This document shows positions 1-42,796 of a DNA stretch of 64,000 nt, one piece after another. Under the pieces are notes generated by a model. That model ran no database searches, was not told the DNA's origin, and was given only the letters and a program-made list of their open reading frames with translations. The number at the start of each line of letters is the position of its first letter. The first letter of the stretch is position 1. Origin of the DNA: Amoebidium appalachense (taxonomy: Eukaryota > Protista > Ichthyosporea); the NCBI GenBank assembly GCA_963693365.1, contig CAVNZM010000007.1, forward strand, positions 2,527,979-2,591,978. Reading direction: 5' to 3'. Made by a program: the position numbers and the translations under genes.

Positions 1-185
1 CTGTGAAAACAACACAGGCGATCGGGTGGGTGGATTCTGATTCCCCTCCCCCCCCCCCCTCTCTGCGACACACCCCTGTTTCTCATTCTCTCTCTACATC
101 CGTGCCTGTTACTACAGTTTTTTTGGTTACGTTTTCTTCAGCACACAACTCTTAGCTGCATGCTTACCACAATTGCACGCTATAG

Positions 186-1154
186 TATAACACGAAGTCA
201 ACCAACTCGAGTCGGTCACCATTACCTTTTCCCCTCCCTCCCTCCCTCCCTCCCACGGGCACTCCTCTGCTCCATCATCGGTTCACTTGGAAAATGCTGA
301 TCGATAAGCTGCATACGTTTGCCTGTGAGACATGTACAAGATTTAAGGAGAAAGATGCTTTCGTAAGGTTTTCTTTCTTCCCCCCCCCCCCCCCCCCCCC
401 CCCCAATACCAACACACACACAGCCTCAAACAGCCCTCCCCGTCCCCCATTGAACACATAGAAGAAAAGGAAAGGAGGGAGGGGGAGAGGAGGGAGGGGA
501 AAGGTATGTTAGCGGACAGCTGCGTTTGTATGTGTAACGGGAGAGTGAGCCTTATGATAGTGAGTAAATGAAAAAGGTTGATCTCTCATTGCATGGGGGT
601 TTCAGGTCTGGTGGACCCGTGTTGGGGACAAAAAGAAAAACAGCCCAACTGACGTCATCCCGCTCCCTGCCTTCGCAACAATTGAAGAAGAGTTGCCAAC
701 GAAAAGGTGGGGGGCCCTGCGAACGGCGTTCGGCAACCAACTAATCACCAAACTGGAAAACAGGGTGCAACTGTACAAAAAGAATGGGGCAGAGAAAGAG
801 TATGGCCCCCCCGTTGTGCTCCTGCGCATAGAGTCATTTATTGATTTCTTGTGCCTGCTGTCTATAGTGGGGTACTTTGATTACACTGAAATGTGGATGA
901 ACGAGTGCATTACCTGGAATGCTATCACTGTTCGGGTAGAGATGGATACAGACGATTTGCTGGCAAAGCTCCCTCCTCAGTATCTGTATTATAAGCACGC
1001 AACCAATGTTTTCACTGAGGTTCAGGAGGGGAAAAAGTTCAGCTTGTTTTTTTACCAAAAGGCAGTTGTTTCGTTTGACCACTCTGCTTGCAAGCACGAC
1101 GAGCCTGGTGCTCGTGAAACATATGTGGATGAAACGGGTCGATTACGGTTATAA
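186..1154 (+). CDS. 3' part of an unknown spliced gene (exons about 186-362 and 606-1154)
   Basis: Open frame ...HHRFTWKMLIDKLHTFACETCTRFKEKDAF ends at donor GTAAGG (363) followed by a C-run. Acceptor TTCAG (605) resumes in phase 0 with VWWTRVGDKKK...TGRLRL* (stop ends 1154). The 5' boundary of the upstream exon is uncertain and no family was recognised. Confidence 0.55.
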
Positions 1155-1599
1155 AGACCGTACAACGACATCATGCAAAGGCAAGACGAAGCCGGACTTC
1201 TCTGTCTTGTGCCTGACATCCAGTGTAACAGTTCCCTACAAGCGAGTTGTTCTTAAGTAAACTATATAAATACCGACCGCAGTCCAGGCTCATCGAGGTT
1301 GTGTCCCTTGTCCCTCATCCATCTCTCTCTCTCTCCCCCCCCCTCCCCCCCCCCCCCCTCCCCTCCCCCCCCCCCCCCCCCTTTCCTTGTCGGAGTCCCC
1401 CTTACGTGCATAATCATGCGCTAGGACGGACACATGCCCAGGAGCACATCAACATCATGGCACACACATGCACACATGACACCTCCACGTAGCACACACA
1501 GACACACGCACGACCCCTCACTCATATCATGCTCACACTGGAGAACTCTACATCTATACGGAAGTGATTATGTTCAAGTATCTAAGATTATCACAACGG

Positions 1600-3297
<1,698 letters not shown>

Positions 3298-4477
3298 CCC
3301 ACACCCAAATGCGAGGCCCAGCGTGTAGTATTATTGGCACTGCGAGAAGCAACAGCAGCACAAGGAGTAGCGTAAGTGTTTCTAGTGGTGTTGTGATACA
3401 GATAGTCAGCTTATCGAAGAGGAAGCACGTAATAGTGAATGTGTGTAATGCTAACGCAGCAAGGCTGCATATGATTGTCCCTGCCATTGTGCACGCATGT
3501 GCATTTACACTAAAAGGCTGGATTGTGAACGCATATTACATGTGTGCGTGTGTCGTACACGGTCACGGTAGTGTAAAAGCTATGTTGTACTAGTGGCATA
3601 CACGCATGCACATATATAACGCTGGCCCCGGTACACGTACTGGTGCTCAGCCCATGGCCGAAGTTGTTTGTTTACATAGCTGGATCTGGACTTTCATCTA
3701 CACGAGCACACGACCCAGCTTATTGGAGAAGAGGAACACGCTTGCCAGCCTTATCTTACCATGTATGGCTATGGCAAAAGGGGTAAAAAAAAGAAGAGCC
3801 AACAGACAAAGGCTTAGAAAAGGGTAAAGCATATTTTCACATAAACGTTACTGCCTGGCCGGACGGTTGGAGGCGAGCGCGAGGTCGAGGCTGCGTCGTC
3901 GGAGGCTGATCGGAACACGCCGGGCTTCTACTGCGTGTAGGTTGTCGACTGAAAGCAGCATATTTCTCCAATGCAGCTGCCTAAAGATTTATTATTACAT
4001 TAATAATACTGCAATTTCTGACTGCACAAGCAGGATATTGTATATACGTACATGTACTGTACGTCGTACAAGATCTTGACTTGAACTTAAAGATACACTG
4101 TTCAGCTTTACAATTGCCAAGTTTAAAGCAGACTGAATAACAGTCCTAAAAAACTATATATTGCAAAAATAAAGTAATTAAATTTGCTCTGCAAACAATA
4201 CAAACCTTTGGTTAATACATATATGTTTTCGAACATGTGGTGCGAAAGATGGCCTTTTATCTGGTCACTATAACATTCCTAAATCAATGCTTTTTTTGCC
4301 CCTGCTTTATTGATCACGATATCATTGGATAATGAGCTGATCCCGCGGCGCCGGATAACTAGGTCTGAATCAATTTTCATTACCCTCCTCCAAAAAACGG
4401 CTTGATCGGATTGACCAATATGGCAGACAGTCCCGCAGCCGCTCCCTAATTGCGCGTTTCAACACAAATGGCCATAT

Positions 4478-4634
4478 GCCCCCCCCCCCCCCCCCAAAAA
4501 AAAAAAAAGAAAAGAAAAAAGAAAAAAGAAAAAGAAAAAATAAAAACACCACACACATGCTCTGCAATACTCACGTGCACCCATATATTCCTCCCTCCCT
4601 CCCTTCCCCAGAGAAAGAAAAAAGAAAAGCCTCA

Positions 4635-4686
<52 letters not shown>

Positions 4687-4975
4687 AAAAAAGCCCCCAA
4701 AAGGGGAAAGAAAAAAAAAAAAAAAAAAAAAACCACACACGCGCTCTGCAATACACGCACACACACACCTCTCCTCCAATTTCTCACGACGTGCACCCCA
4801 AGAGAAAGAAAAAAGAAAAGAAAAAGTCTCAAACCAACCCCCCCCCCTCCCCCCCTCCCCCCCCCCCCCCCCAAAAAAAAATAAAAAAAACAAAAAATAA
4901 AAAATAAAAAGAAAAAGAAAAAATAAAAACACCACACACATGCTCTGCAATACTCACACACACCTTCAAACCCCC

Positions 4976-5006
<31 letters not shown>

Positions 5007-5077
5007 AAAAAGAAAGAAAGAAAATGGAAAAATGAAAACACCACACACATGCTCTGCAATACGCACACACACCTTCA

Positions 5078-5113
<36 letters not shown>

Positions 5114-5420
5114 AGAAAGAAAAAAAAAAGAAAAAAAAAAACATCAACTCCTGCATTCTCCCCTGCAATCCGCAACTCCTGCATTCTCCCCTGCAATCCG
5201 CTAACTCCTGCATCCCCCCCCCCCCCCAAAAAAAAAAAAAAAGAAAAGAAAAAAAAGAAAAAAAAAAAGGAAAAAAAAAAGAAAAAAAAAAGAAAGAAAG
5301 AAAAGGAAAAGGAAAAGGAATAAGAAAAGGGAAAGAAAAGAAAGAGAGAGAGAGAGGGGGGGGGGGGGGGGGGGGGGGGGGGGAAGGAACAAAACATCAA
5401 CTCCTGCATTCTCCCCCTCC
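4478..5420. repeat. Composite tandem repeats: C-run/A-run units with core AAAACACCACACACATGCTCTGCAATAC (about 4543, 4730, 4926, 5035) and a 28-bp CAACTCCTGCATTCTCCCCTGCAATCCG repeat (5145-5213)
   Basis: Recurring cores read directly from the sequence. Confidence 0.8.
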
Positions 5421-5674
5421 ACCTCCCCCCTCCCCTCCCCTCCCCCCTCCCCCAACCCTCCCCCTCCCCCTTCCCCCCTTCAAAAAAAGAGAAGAAGAAA
5501 AGAAAGGAAACCAGAAAAAAAGACCTGCCACACGAGGACGAGCTCACACGAGCTCCCCCCCCCCCCCCTCTCCCCTCCCCCCCCCCCCCCCCCTCCCCCC
5601 TCCCCCCACCCTCTTACCCCTCCCTCTCCCCTTTTGTTGAAGTTGTTGTTGTTGCTCTTTTTTTTTGTTCCCCA

Positions 5675-5717
<43 letters not shown>

Positions 5718-5861
5718 GAAAAAAAAAAGAATAACATCCTCTCAGTCTTTTGCCGCCTATGCACTCCTTTTTTTGTGTGTGTATGTGTGTGGTGGGGAAG
5801 GTCCAATGCTTTATTTCTCTCTCGTGTGTGTGTGTGTGTGTGTGTTACTCTTATTTCAAGC

Positions 5862-5898
<37 letters not shown>

Positions 5899-5927
5899 TT
5901 TGTTTGCTTGTCTTTTTGGTTTCAAGC

Positions 5928-5962
<35 letters not shown>

Positions 5963-6445
5963 TTTGTTTGCTTGTCTTTTTGGTATCTTAATATGCTCGT
6001 CAACCCCCCCCCCTCCCCCCCCCCCCCCCCCAACACACACACACACACCCACCCCCCACCCCCCGGACACACATACACGCACACAGGCATCTCTCCCCTC
6101 TCCCCCCCTTGCACATGCGTGTCATGCATCTCTCCCCTCTCCCCACCTTGCACAACGCTGTTCTTTAGGTGTCACAACGCTGTTCTTTAGGTGTCTCTCC
6201 CCTTTCCTCCCCTCCCTCAACAAGATCCCAAATGCTCGTATGCATCCCCCCTCCCCCCCCTCCCCCCCCCCCCCCCACCTCTCCTTTGTTCTCTGCCCCG
6301 CTGCACCTTTTGCTCTGTTTGTTCTCTGCCCCGCTGCACAACACTGCTTTCCTGTGGATACCCCCCTCCCCTCTTCTGCCACATCGTGCTTTGCTTGATC
6401 CCTCTCTTTTACGTGGTCGTGTATATCTTTCCGCAAGGCACCCCA

Positions 6446-6477
<32 letters not shown>

Positions 6478-6518
6478 GCAAGACCTCTCCACCCACACAC
6501 ACACACACACACACACAT

Positions 6519-6552
<34 letters not shown>

Positions 6553-6685
6553 TGGGCGGGGCACACACACCCTCCCCACACACGCAACACACCACACATG
6601 CTTTTTATGCCTTTTCTGTGTCCCGGTTTTTCGTGCTTTCCGTTCTTGCAGCTTTCTGCTCTACCGGGCGTGATTTGTCTGTGTG

Positions 6686-6850
6686 CACACGTGTTTACCT
6701 TTTCAAGGTTTTGTGTCTGTGTGGATGCACCCACGTTTACTTTTTCAAGGTTTTTGGATGCACCCACGTTTACTTTTTCAAGGTTTTGTGTCTGTGTGGA
6801 TACACCCACGTTTACCTTTTCAAGGTTTTGTGTCTGTGTGGATGCACATG
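6686..6850. repeat. About 43-bp minisatellite (CACGTTTACYTTTTCAAGGTTTTGTGTCTGTGTGGATGCACC), about 4 copies, one shortened
   Basis: Direct tandem copies; gives the repeated TQTQNLEKVNVGAS peptide in the ORF track. Confidence 0.85.
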
Positions 6851-7163
6851 TACCTTTTTGTGTTTTTGTCTCTGTAGACATGTTATCTGCGTTTGTGGAC
6901 ATGTTATCTGCGTTTGTGGACGTGTTTATGCTTTTGTCTGTGTGACATGCTCCCGTGTTCGTTGTTTTGTGTTTATGTTCCTTCGTTTTGTAATTTTGTT
7001 CCCGTGTTTATTGTTTTGTGTCTTTGGGTGGTAGCCACTTTGGCACCACCCTCCCCACCCACCAAAGAACACCTCGTACTGCCAGCAGTCCACTGTGTTT
7101 TTCGACACATGTGCAGACGACATATGCATCCCCAACCTCTTGAGATATTTATTTGTTGCCCGC

Positions 7164-7195
<32 letters not shown>

Positions 7196-7410
7196 CTTCT
7201 CCCCACGCCCGCCTGCCATCTTTTCTTTCACACACAAGTACACACCCGGCCCACACCCCCAAGTTCATTTTAGACCATGCGCACTTATAATCGAACACTA
7301 CACACTTGTTTTCAGTGCCACAAGTTGGATTTGTTTGTAACTTTCCTGTATTACGTCGTGTACATGTGGTTGTTTCTATTCGTGTACAAAGGTTGCAAGT
7401 TCCGATGCTT

Positions 7411-7441
<31 letters not shown>

Positions 7442-7627
7442 CCCACCCACCACCACCACTACCTCTGTGGTGAATGACACCGTCATCACTATTCCAACAT
7501 GTGCCCAACGGAACCCCCTCCCCGTGACAGCCCGCACACAACAACCAATGCACCGTTATCCCCCCAACACATGCGCGGTGACCCATGAGTATACGTATAT
7601 GAGAAAAAAAGTTTAAAGTACATGATC

Positions 7628-7789
7628 GTACCCGCTGGCTTACGTAAGTGGCCGGGCCCGGCCTTACTACGCTGCGGGAACATAAAAGAAAAGAAAGAAA
7701 GAAAGAAAGAAAGAAACAAAAGAAAGAAAGAAAGAAAGAAACATTAAAGAAGAAGCCGGGCCGCAGAGAGACAGCACTCAGAGTGACTA
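7628..7789. mobile_element. Short interspersed element family B, copy 1
   Basis: Shares GTACCCGCTGGCTTACGTAAGTGGCYGGGCCC...CTGCGGSAACAT, an A-rich microsatellite and GAGACA(G/A)CACTCAGAGTGACTA with 42662-42796. Confidence 0.6.
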
Positions 7790-8572
7790 GTACAGCCTAT
7801 TAGTAGCGTACTTTGGCAAGCATTCACGTTCATCAGGTCATAGCAAATTTGGATCGGAGAATCTGTAAGGCTACAATACATCAAGCATGCGAACACTGCC
7901 AAACAGAAGAAGAGAACTTGGTTTCATGGGCCACGGGAGCAAAGCATGGAAAATGGGGGGGAGGGGGAGGGGGGGGGGGGGAGGGAGGGGGGAGGAGGCG
8001 TTTTGGGGGGAGGGAGGGGGGGGGGGGGGAGGAGGCCTTTTGGGGGGAGGGGGGAGGGGGGGGGGGGGGGGAGGGGAGGGGGGAAGGGAGGAAGCCTCGG
8101 ACGGAGGGGTGGTGCGTGTGTGTGTGTGTGTGTGGGGGGGGGGGGAGGGGGGAGGGGGTGCACCCTTATAGCTCGAAGTACGTAGGTGGGTGTGGGTTGG
8201 GCGGGGCGAGGGGGGGGGGGGGGGGGGAGATTCAATCTACAAGGCACGTGCGGGTACACACATGTGATGCTCGTTCGAATAGCAAGCCCATACCTACATA
8301 CACAGCATGTACAGTTGAAGTTTTCCACACCTATGCATTCGTTGAGGCTCGACAGATCATTATTGACAAGTATGTTTCGTAGTGTTTATTTTCCGTTTGT
8401 CTGCCTGTATATATACATCATCCACGTCATGCCTGTTCTATCATCTACATACATTCACACCCAAGCTAAGCCACAGTATACGTGTGCCCTAAATCACGCA
8501 TATTCTTAATACACTGCTATTACACAGCAACTCCCCCCCCCCCCCCCCCCCCCCTCCCACCCCCCCTCCCGC

Positions 8573-8616
<44 letters not shown>

Positions 8617-8844
8617 ACCCCTACCCCCAACCACCACCACCACCACCACACACACACACAAAAAAAAGGAGGGGCCGTTTTTGTTTTGAAAACACCGTTT
8701 TTGTTTTGAAAACATAACCGTCGTTAAGTACACATCGCCGAGGCAGGTAATGCACGTAGATGAATACCCCCTTTAGCCATATTTACACCTCACCGCATGC
8801 TCTTCCTTTTCATCGGGCACCATCATGCGACTGATCCCCCCCGT

Positions 8845-8881
<37 letters not shown>

Positions 8882-9103
8882 TCACACCTGCCCACTTCAA
8901 TTTCCGGCACCAGAAAAATCGGAAAAGTTCCGAGGAGGGGAGCATTGGCTCCTAGGAAATATCACGGTTTCCGGTTTCCGGGAATAATGGAGTAAATATC
9001 ATCCAAATATCCACAACCACAAAGCACAGTTGTATTCGGTTCTTGTATAAAACCGCACGTGCAAAATTCCTTTCTACGGCATGTGGACTCCATTTAATTC
9101 AAT

Positions 9104-37110
<28,007 letters not shown>

Positions 37111-38817
37111 GTTTGCTGCGGCCTTTCCCACTCCCTTTGATCACACGTTTCAATGTGGTTACTGTACGAGAAAAGGTGTGTGGCTGTTTCTATTGCGTTT
37201 CTTAAAAAAAAAAGGGGATCGCTTCAAAAACAAATCATAAGTGTAAATGTGAGGGGATGAAAAAAAGAAAAAAAGAAATAAATCATGACGGGGACTGAGC
37301 TGAGTGAGCGCGAGAATTTCTTTAACACTTTGGTCGCGGAAGAGCAGGAACTTTTTGGCGGGAAAATACGGCCATACGATTGGTCATTCAATAGACCCAA
37401 TGATAGACCCATGAACCCCGTTTCTACCCTTTTTCCAACACACCTAGGCCCTGTGCAAGTATTCATATCCATGCACTTCGAAAATACAAAAAGCTTTTCT
37501 ATAACCAAAACATATGTCATGCATGTTGGAGAAATAAACGAAGCAGCTGGGTTAGCCGCGTGTAAGATCGTTGAACGCATTTTCATTTTTCCGATGGGGT
37601 TTTACAGCCAGTATATCCTTCTGGCGGAGTGATCGAATCCCTCACTCCAGTGGGTGCCCTGGTTTCTCTCTCCTTTTTTTTCTTTTCATTTTGTTTTTTT
37701 TCTCCCCTTGCCCTCTTTCATGCTCTCTTCAGTCTCTCTATGTTTTATCTCGCCGTCCCTGTACGTGGTTTTAGGCACAGGGCCCTGTGCCCGTTTCCAC
37801 GTTAACCCTAAATGTGATAGCAGCTCGCTGCGGTCGCATTATCGTGCACAGTCTTTTATCGCCTGTTTCCTGTGCACGTTAATCTCAAAAAAGAAAAGGT
37901 TGCGTGGCGGTCGAGTCTGTTCTTCTTAACCTCACTCTTCTCTTTTCTTGTGAAGGGGGTGGGATAGCGGTCTTGGGGCCTTGCTTGTCGCTAGGTTTCT
38001 CTTTTCCTTGTCTCTTGCACCTCTTTTTCCTTGTTTCTGGCTAGCAAGCAAGAGGGGTTTGCCCCGCCGTCCTCTTGTCTCCGCGCCCACGCAAAACCCC
38101 TCGTTGCATTATATTCCTTTTTCCTGCTTCATCTTTGTTTTTTCTTTTTGTTCTCTTTTGTTTCTGTGTTGACTTACCAGCCTGTGCGCAACGAGAGTTG
38201 GCAGGCTTCTTTCGGGAGGGGCACCCTTTTTTTCTTCTTTGCTGGGAGGCCTCGTTGCAACCAACGAGAGCAATCCCTGCACAGGTGAACCTGCGCACAA
38301 ATCATTTTCGAAACATTAGCTATGAACGAGATGTCTCGATAAGAGCAACGGGAGGGGTGAGGGGAAGTACAAACGATCTGCCCAAGATAACTGCCGAGCT
38401 GCCCACGTGCTTCCAGGTATGTCAATACAGTCGCCACAGGTAGGTTGTTAGCACCCCCCCCCCCCCCCCCCCCCCCCCCCCGGCCCTTCCCCTCCCTTTT
38501 CTGTGCGAGGTGAAAGGGAGTAAATTCGGAGGCTGTGGATGACTTGTGCCAGATGGACTCTGCTTATCATGCATAATCCTTAATTAACACATTCTACCCT
38601 TCCTCCCCCCCCCCCCCCCCCCCCCCCAACCACCACCACCACGCACACACACACACTCCCTGTCCCGGACCCCCACTCTTCCCCTTTTCCTTCCTCTACC
38701 TTTCTTACAAAGACCGCAGCTACCAGGCGGTGAGTTTGTATTTGGTGAAATCTACTTTCTTTCTGGATCTTCCAATCGACTCCTCTCCTTCTCATAGGGC
38801 TTTTCTCTACTTATAAA

Positions 38818-38924
38818 AGTTTATTACCAGTTTTTGGGTTTGTCGAAGTGAGGGTCTAATGAAAGAGCTCCAGTTTATTACCAGTTTTTGGGTTTGTCGA
38901 AGTGAGGGTCTAATGAAAGAGCTC
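38818..38924. repeat. Perfect 53-bp direct duplication (period 54)
   Basis: AGTTTATTACCAGTTTTTGGGTTTGTCGAAGTGAGGGTCTAATGAAAGAGCTC occurs twice. Confidence 0.9.
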
Positions 38925-39418
38925 ATGTGTGCGTGTGGACACACACACGGTCACCGCACACACCACACACACACACGACACACACACACACGACCAATCG
39001 TTGGTGTCCGGCTGTTCCATAACAACGTACTATGTCCACCGAGTTGCGAAGGGAATTATCTAGACCGTGGTCCCCCTCCCTTAGAGAAGGAGTAGAGCGA
39101 CGAGATGAAACAGCTGTTTTTTGAGTCGAGCACCACGACTCGCTTTCATTTATTTTTCTGGTATATATTTGTATGGCTAACATCCACTGCCATATGTTAG
39201 TTTTAAAGTATAGAGCAACATACATGCCACAGTTATTTGCGAAATACGATGTTTGTGACGTCTCCAATCTATAATTGGGAGCTAAATAAAATTCTCAGCA
39301 ACTTCTTCAGACGTGCTAACTGCTAAGCAAAACCGCATTAAATGCTTCTTTTCAAACCAATATCAAAACAACATTGTTATAAAATTACAATTCAGTATAT
39401 AACCGATCTTACTACACC

Positions 39419-39814
39419 TCAACATTTCTTAGAGCAGCACTTAGTCCAGCAGCACTTTTTCTTTTCGTTCGCAGCAGGAGTAGCTTCCTTTTCCGCATCC
39501 GCGCTGTCTGTGGCTGTACCCTCCTTCTTCTTGCAGCAAAAAACGCGCTTGAAGAAATTAACGACACAGCAGCCCTCGGCACAGCATTTTTTCTTCGTCT
39601 CCGTCGTCTCCCCTTGCTTGGAGCTGGAACGAGTGCAGCAGCGAGTTACACAACACTCCTTCTTCTTCTCCTGGGCAGTTGCACGGCTATCGACTTGGCT
39701 GTCGGCCTGCTTTTCCTTGGAGTCCGAAGCGGAAGAAAATGGGGGTGGGGCGACGGTGCTATCTGCGGGTGCTTGGGCGGACACAGTGTATGCGGGAGGG
39801 GCGGTGGCGGCCAT
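39419..39814 (-). CDS. Small intronless Cys/Lys-rich protein (131 aa) with clustered CC motifs and an N-terminal PPAY motif
   Basis: ATG start in an A-rich context (CAGCAAAATGG), non-repetitive and coding-like composition, three K-K-K-x(0-1)-C-C modules, AT-rich 3' flank. Confidence 0.7.
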   Translation of the reverse strand: MAATAPPAYTVSAQAPADSTVAPPPFSSASDSKEKQADSQVDSRATAQEKKKECCVTRCCTRSSSKQGETTETKKKCCAEGCCVVNFFKRVFCCKKKEGTATDSADAEKEATPAANEKKKCCWTKCCSKKC

Positions 39815-40101
39815 TTTGCTGATTGAGTTAGTTTTCCCCTGTGTTTGTCACGGTGAAGTGAGTGTTGAAGTGTCTGTTTTGTAGGTGTTGTTCGTACGTA
39901 GTGGACTGGGAGTGTGGCAATGCACAGTGGCATGATTATATGCTGTTCACATTCCAGGGATCGAAATTTCCAAAAACATTTGGGAATTTCCCAAACTTTT
40001 TTTTCTGGATTCCCAAAGACCCTCCGGGGTTTTTGGGGGGGGGGGGCGGAGGGGGGAGAAAGGGCCCCGGGGGAGGGAGGGGAGGGAGGGAGGGAGGGGA
40101 A

Positions 40102-40133
<32 letters not shown>

Positions 40134-40223
40134 TAGGGAGGAGGAGGTCTCATGTAGTGGATTAGGTGGACTGTGGCTGTGGTTGAATAGTGGTGCGGCC
40201 ATGGCCCGGGGCCGGGGCCGGAT

Positions 40224-40259
<36 letters not shown>

Positions 40260-40282
40260 GGGCACGCGGGGAGGCTGGGGTT

Positions 40283-40321
<39 letters not shown>

Positions 40322-41192
40322 ACCTGTAACTGCGAGCCGTGAGTGGGTACTAATATTACAGTGGCCACTGGGGCTTGGGGGCGGGGAGAAAAGTCGTATC
40401 TGTATATGTTTTTGTGCACCACGCCCAGGATTTTCCCAAACACTTTTCCCAAAGTTTTTTTTGGAGAATCCCAACCCCCCCAATCCCAAACAACTCAAAC
40501 CCTACCCCAAAGGTTCAAAAACAGATTGCGAACCCTGTTTACAGACCTGTGAAGTTTGGGGAGATAGTGCCAAATATGGCTATCCGGGAGGTGCTAAGTG
40601 CCAATCGTTGTTCGGAACTGAACATTTTTTTGGCCAATCATATCTTGCATGGCCAATAATAGCTATTTTATTTACATTCCGTGGTTCTGATTGGTGTTGA
40701 ACATTGGGTTACGTAATTCTATCCAAGCGTTGTTCTAAGAGCCAACCGGATCACCGGGATCAGTTCAATTCAGTTGACGCCGGCCGTGTGGTGCGGCAGA
40801 CGGCCGCGGACACTCAGTGTCACTCACCGTCAACTCAGGCGAGGCGTCAGCGCCCGTTTCTCCGAGTCGGGCTGGGCTTGGGAACCCTGGCAGACACTGA
40901 TGTGATGATAAGATTTGGTAGTCCAAGAAAACGGAGGAGACACACCTGCAGCTCTATACCTATAGAGAGGCGTGGCGGGAGAGAGACTTTTGAACTTGAC
41001 TCAAGAAGAGAATATGAGGTACGGCAGAGAGAGGGAGGGAGAGACTGAGAGAATGTGTGTGCTTGCCTCGTCACGATTTGATGGCCGGGGGGTGTGTCGG
41101 TGTGTGTGAGAGGAAGAGAGCCTCGGGGGAGAGGGAGAGAGAGAGAGAGACTCTTTCGGTGATAGATAGGGATCAGCTCTCAGCTCTCTCTA

Positions 41193-41228
<36 letters not shown>

Positions 41229-41244
41229 TCTCTCTCCCTCTCTC

Positions 41245-41276
<32 letters not shown>

Positions 41277-41768
41277 CCTCCCTCTCTCTCCCCCCCCCCC
41301 CCCTCTCTCTCTCTCAATCCCCCCCCCCCCTCTCTCTCTCGCTCTCGCTCTTGCTCTCTCTCTCTCTCTTCCCCCCCCCCCCCTCTCCCCCCCCCCCCCC
41401 CCCCCCACACCCCCGCCCACCACCACACACACACACATACGAACGCATACACACACGCACACATACACACATACAAGCTCGCGAACACCCACACCCACAC
41501 CCACTCACACACTCACACACAGACCTTCCCTCCCCGTCCACCCCTCCCCCCCCCCCCCCCCCCCCCCCGCCCCCTGCCCCCCGCCCCTTTTCACCCCCCT
41601 CCCCCCTACCCACCCACCCAAACCACCTCCTCCCCCCCCCACCCCCCCCCCCCACCCATCCCCACCCACCCACCCACTTACCCACCCACCCACCCCCCAT
41701 ACACCCACCCACCCACCCACACACCCACCCACCAACCCAACCACCGCCCACACACCCACCCACACACC

Positions 41769-41816
<48 letters not shown>

Positions 41817-42124
41817 GGCACACCTACACACATACCCACACACACCCACACACACCCACACACACGCCCAGGCTGCCACATGGTCAATCAGTGTGTCAAA
41901 TTTGGGCACTTTGACGCTGCAAACGAAGGCTGAACGTAGTGCTATGTGGGTTTAACTTGAAGAAAATGTTTTCCAGGGGATAATCATTATAATTTCGAAT
42001 TTTCGACTCTGGAAACAAAATTGCACTTCGATGAAGTGGATGGAGTGGATAGGGTGGGGAAAGGGAGTGAGATTCTGGGTGGGGAAAGGCCCCGGGGGGG
42101 GGGGAGGGGGAGGATCCGTTTTTT

Positions 42125-42155
<31 letters not shown>

Positions 42156-42390
42156 GGGTTGTAGGGGGAAGGAAGGGGACACGACCACCCATATACTCAG
42201 GAAGATAAGTGGGAGAGGGGAAGGGGGGGGGGGGGGGGGGGGGGGGGGGGAGAAAAAAAACCACCACCATCACCACCACACACACACACATTACACGCAC
42301 TTCAACAGCTTTTGAGAGTTGGTACGTTCGACCGGCTGACGGAGTTTTGGGTGGGTGGGGGTGGGGGGTGGGGGTGGGGGATTTGAGGGG

Positions 42391-42421
<31 letters not shown>

Positions 42422-42661
42422 AAGATCGAACGAGCAGGAGAAAGGGGTAACACCAAGATTTTTGCAGGTTTTCTGTATTGAAGTGATTTAAGATTTTGGT
42501 TTTTATTGTGGACGGGGTGGCTAAATGTGAGTGTCTGGATGTAGGCTGCAGCCTCGGCGTGTATGCATACCCAATTAAATGGAGCCGTTTATCTGCGAAT
42601 GTCTCTCACTTCCATTTAAAGTCATTAGTAAATTCACGTCGCTGTTAGTCTTTAAGGCCTT

Positions 42662-42796
42662 GTACCCGCTGGCTTACGTAAGTGGCTGGGCCCTATTAAC
42701 CTGCGTGTCGCCTGCGGCAACATTAAAAAAAATAAAAAATAAAAAATAAAAAAAACCATAAAAGAGGCCACAGGGAGACAACACTCAGAGTGACTA
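42662..42796. mobile_element. Short interspersed element family B, copy 2
   Basis: Colinear with 7628-7789, but the central microsatellite is (AAAAAAT)n instead of (AAAG)n. Confidence 0.6.

Noticed and set aside
3845-4450. Possible two-exon minus-strand gene (about 4384-4447 and 3849-3980)
   Set aside because: Splice-like sites exist, but no frame gives a recognisable protein and no start was found.
8845-8878. A-run as a retroposon poly(A) tail
   Set aside because: No TSD or repeated body upstream, and A-runs next to C-runs are common throughout the window.
37285-37632. 115-aa ORF upstream of PARP1
   Set aside because: Lies in the presumed promoter region and shows no motifs or other coding evidence.
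39342-39884. 180-aa plus-strand ORF
   Set aside because: Antisense shadow of the Cys-rich minus-strand ORF.
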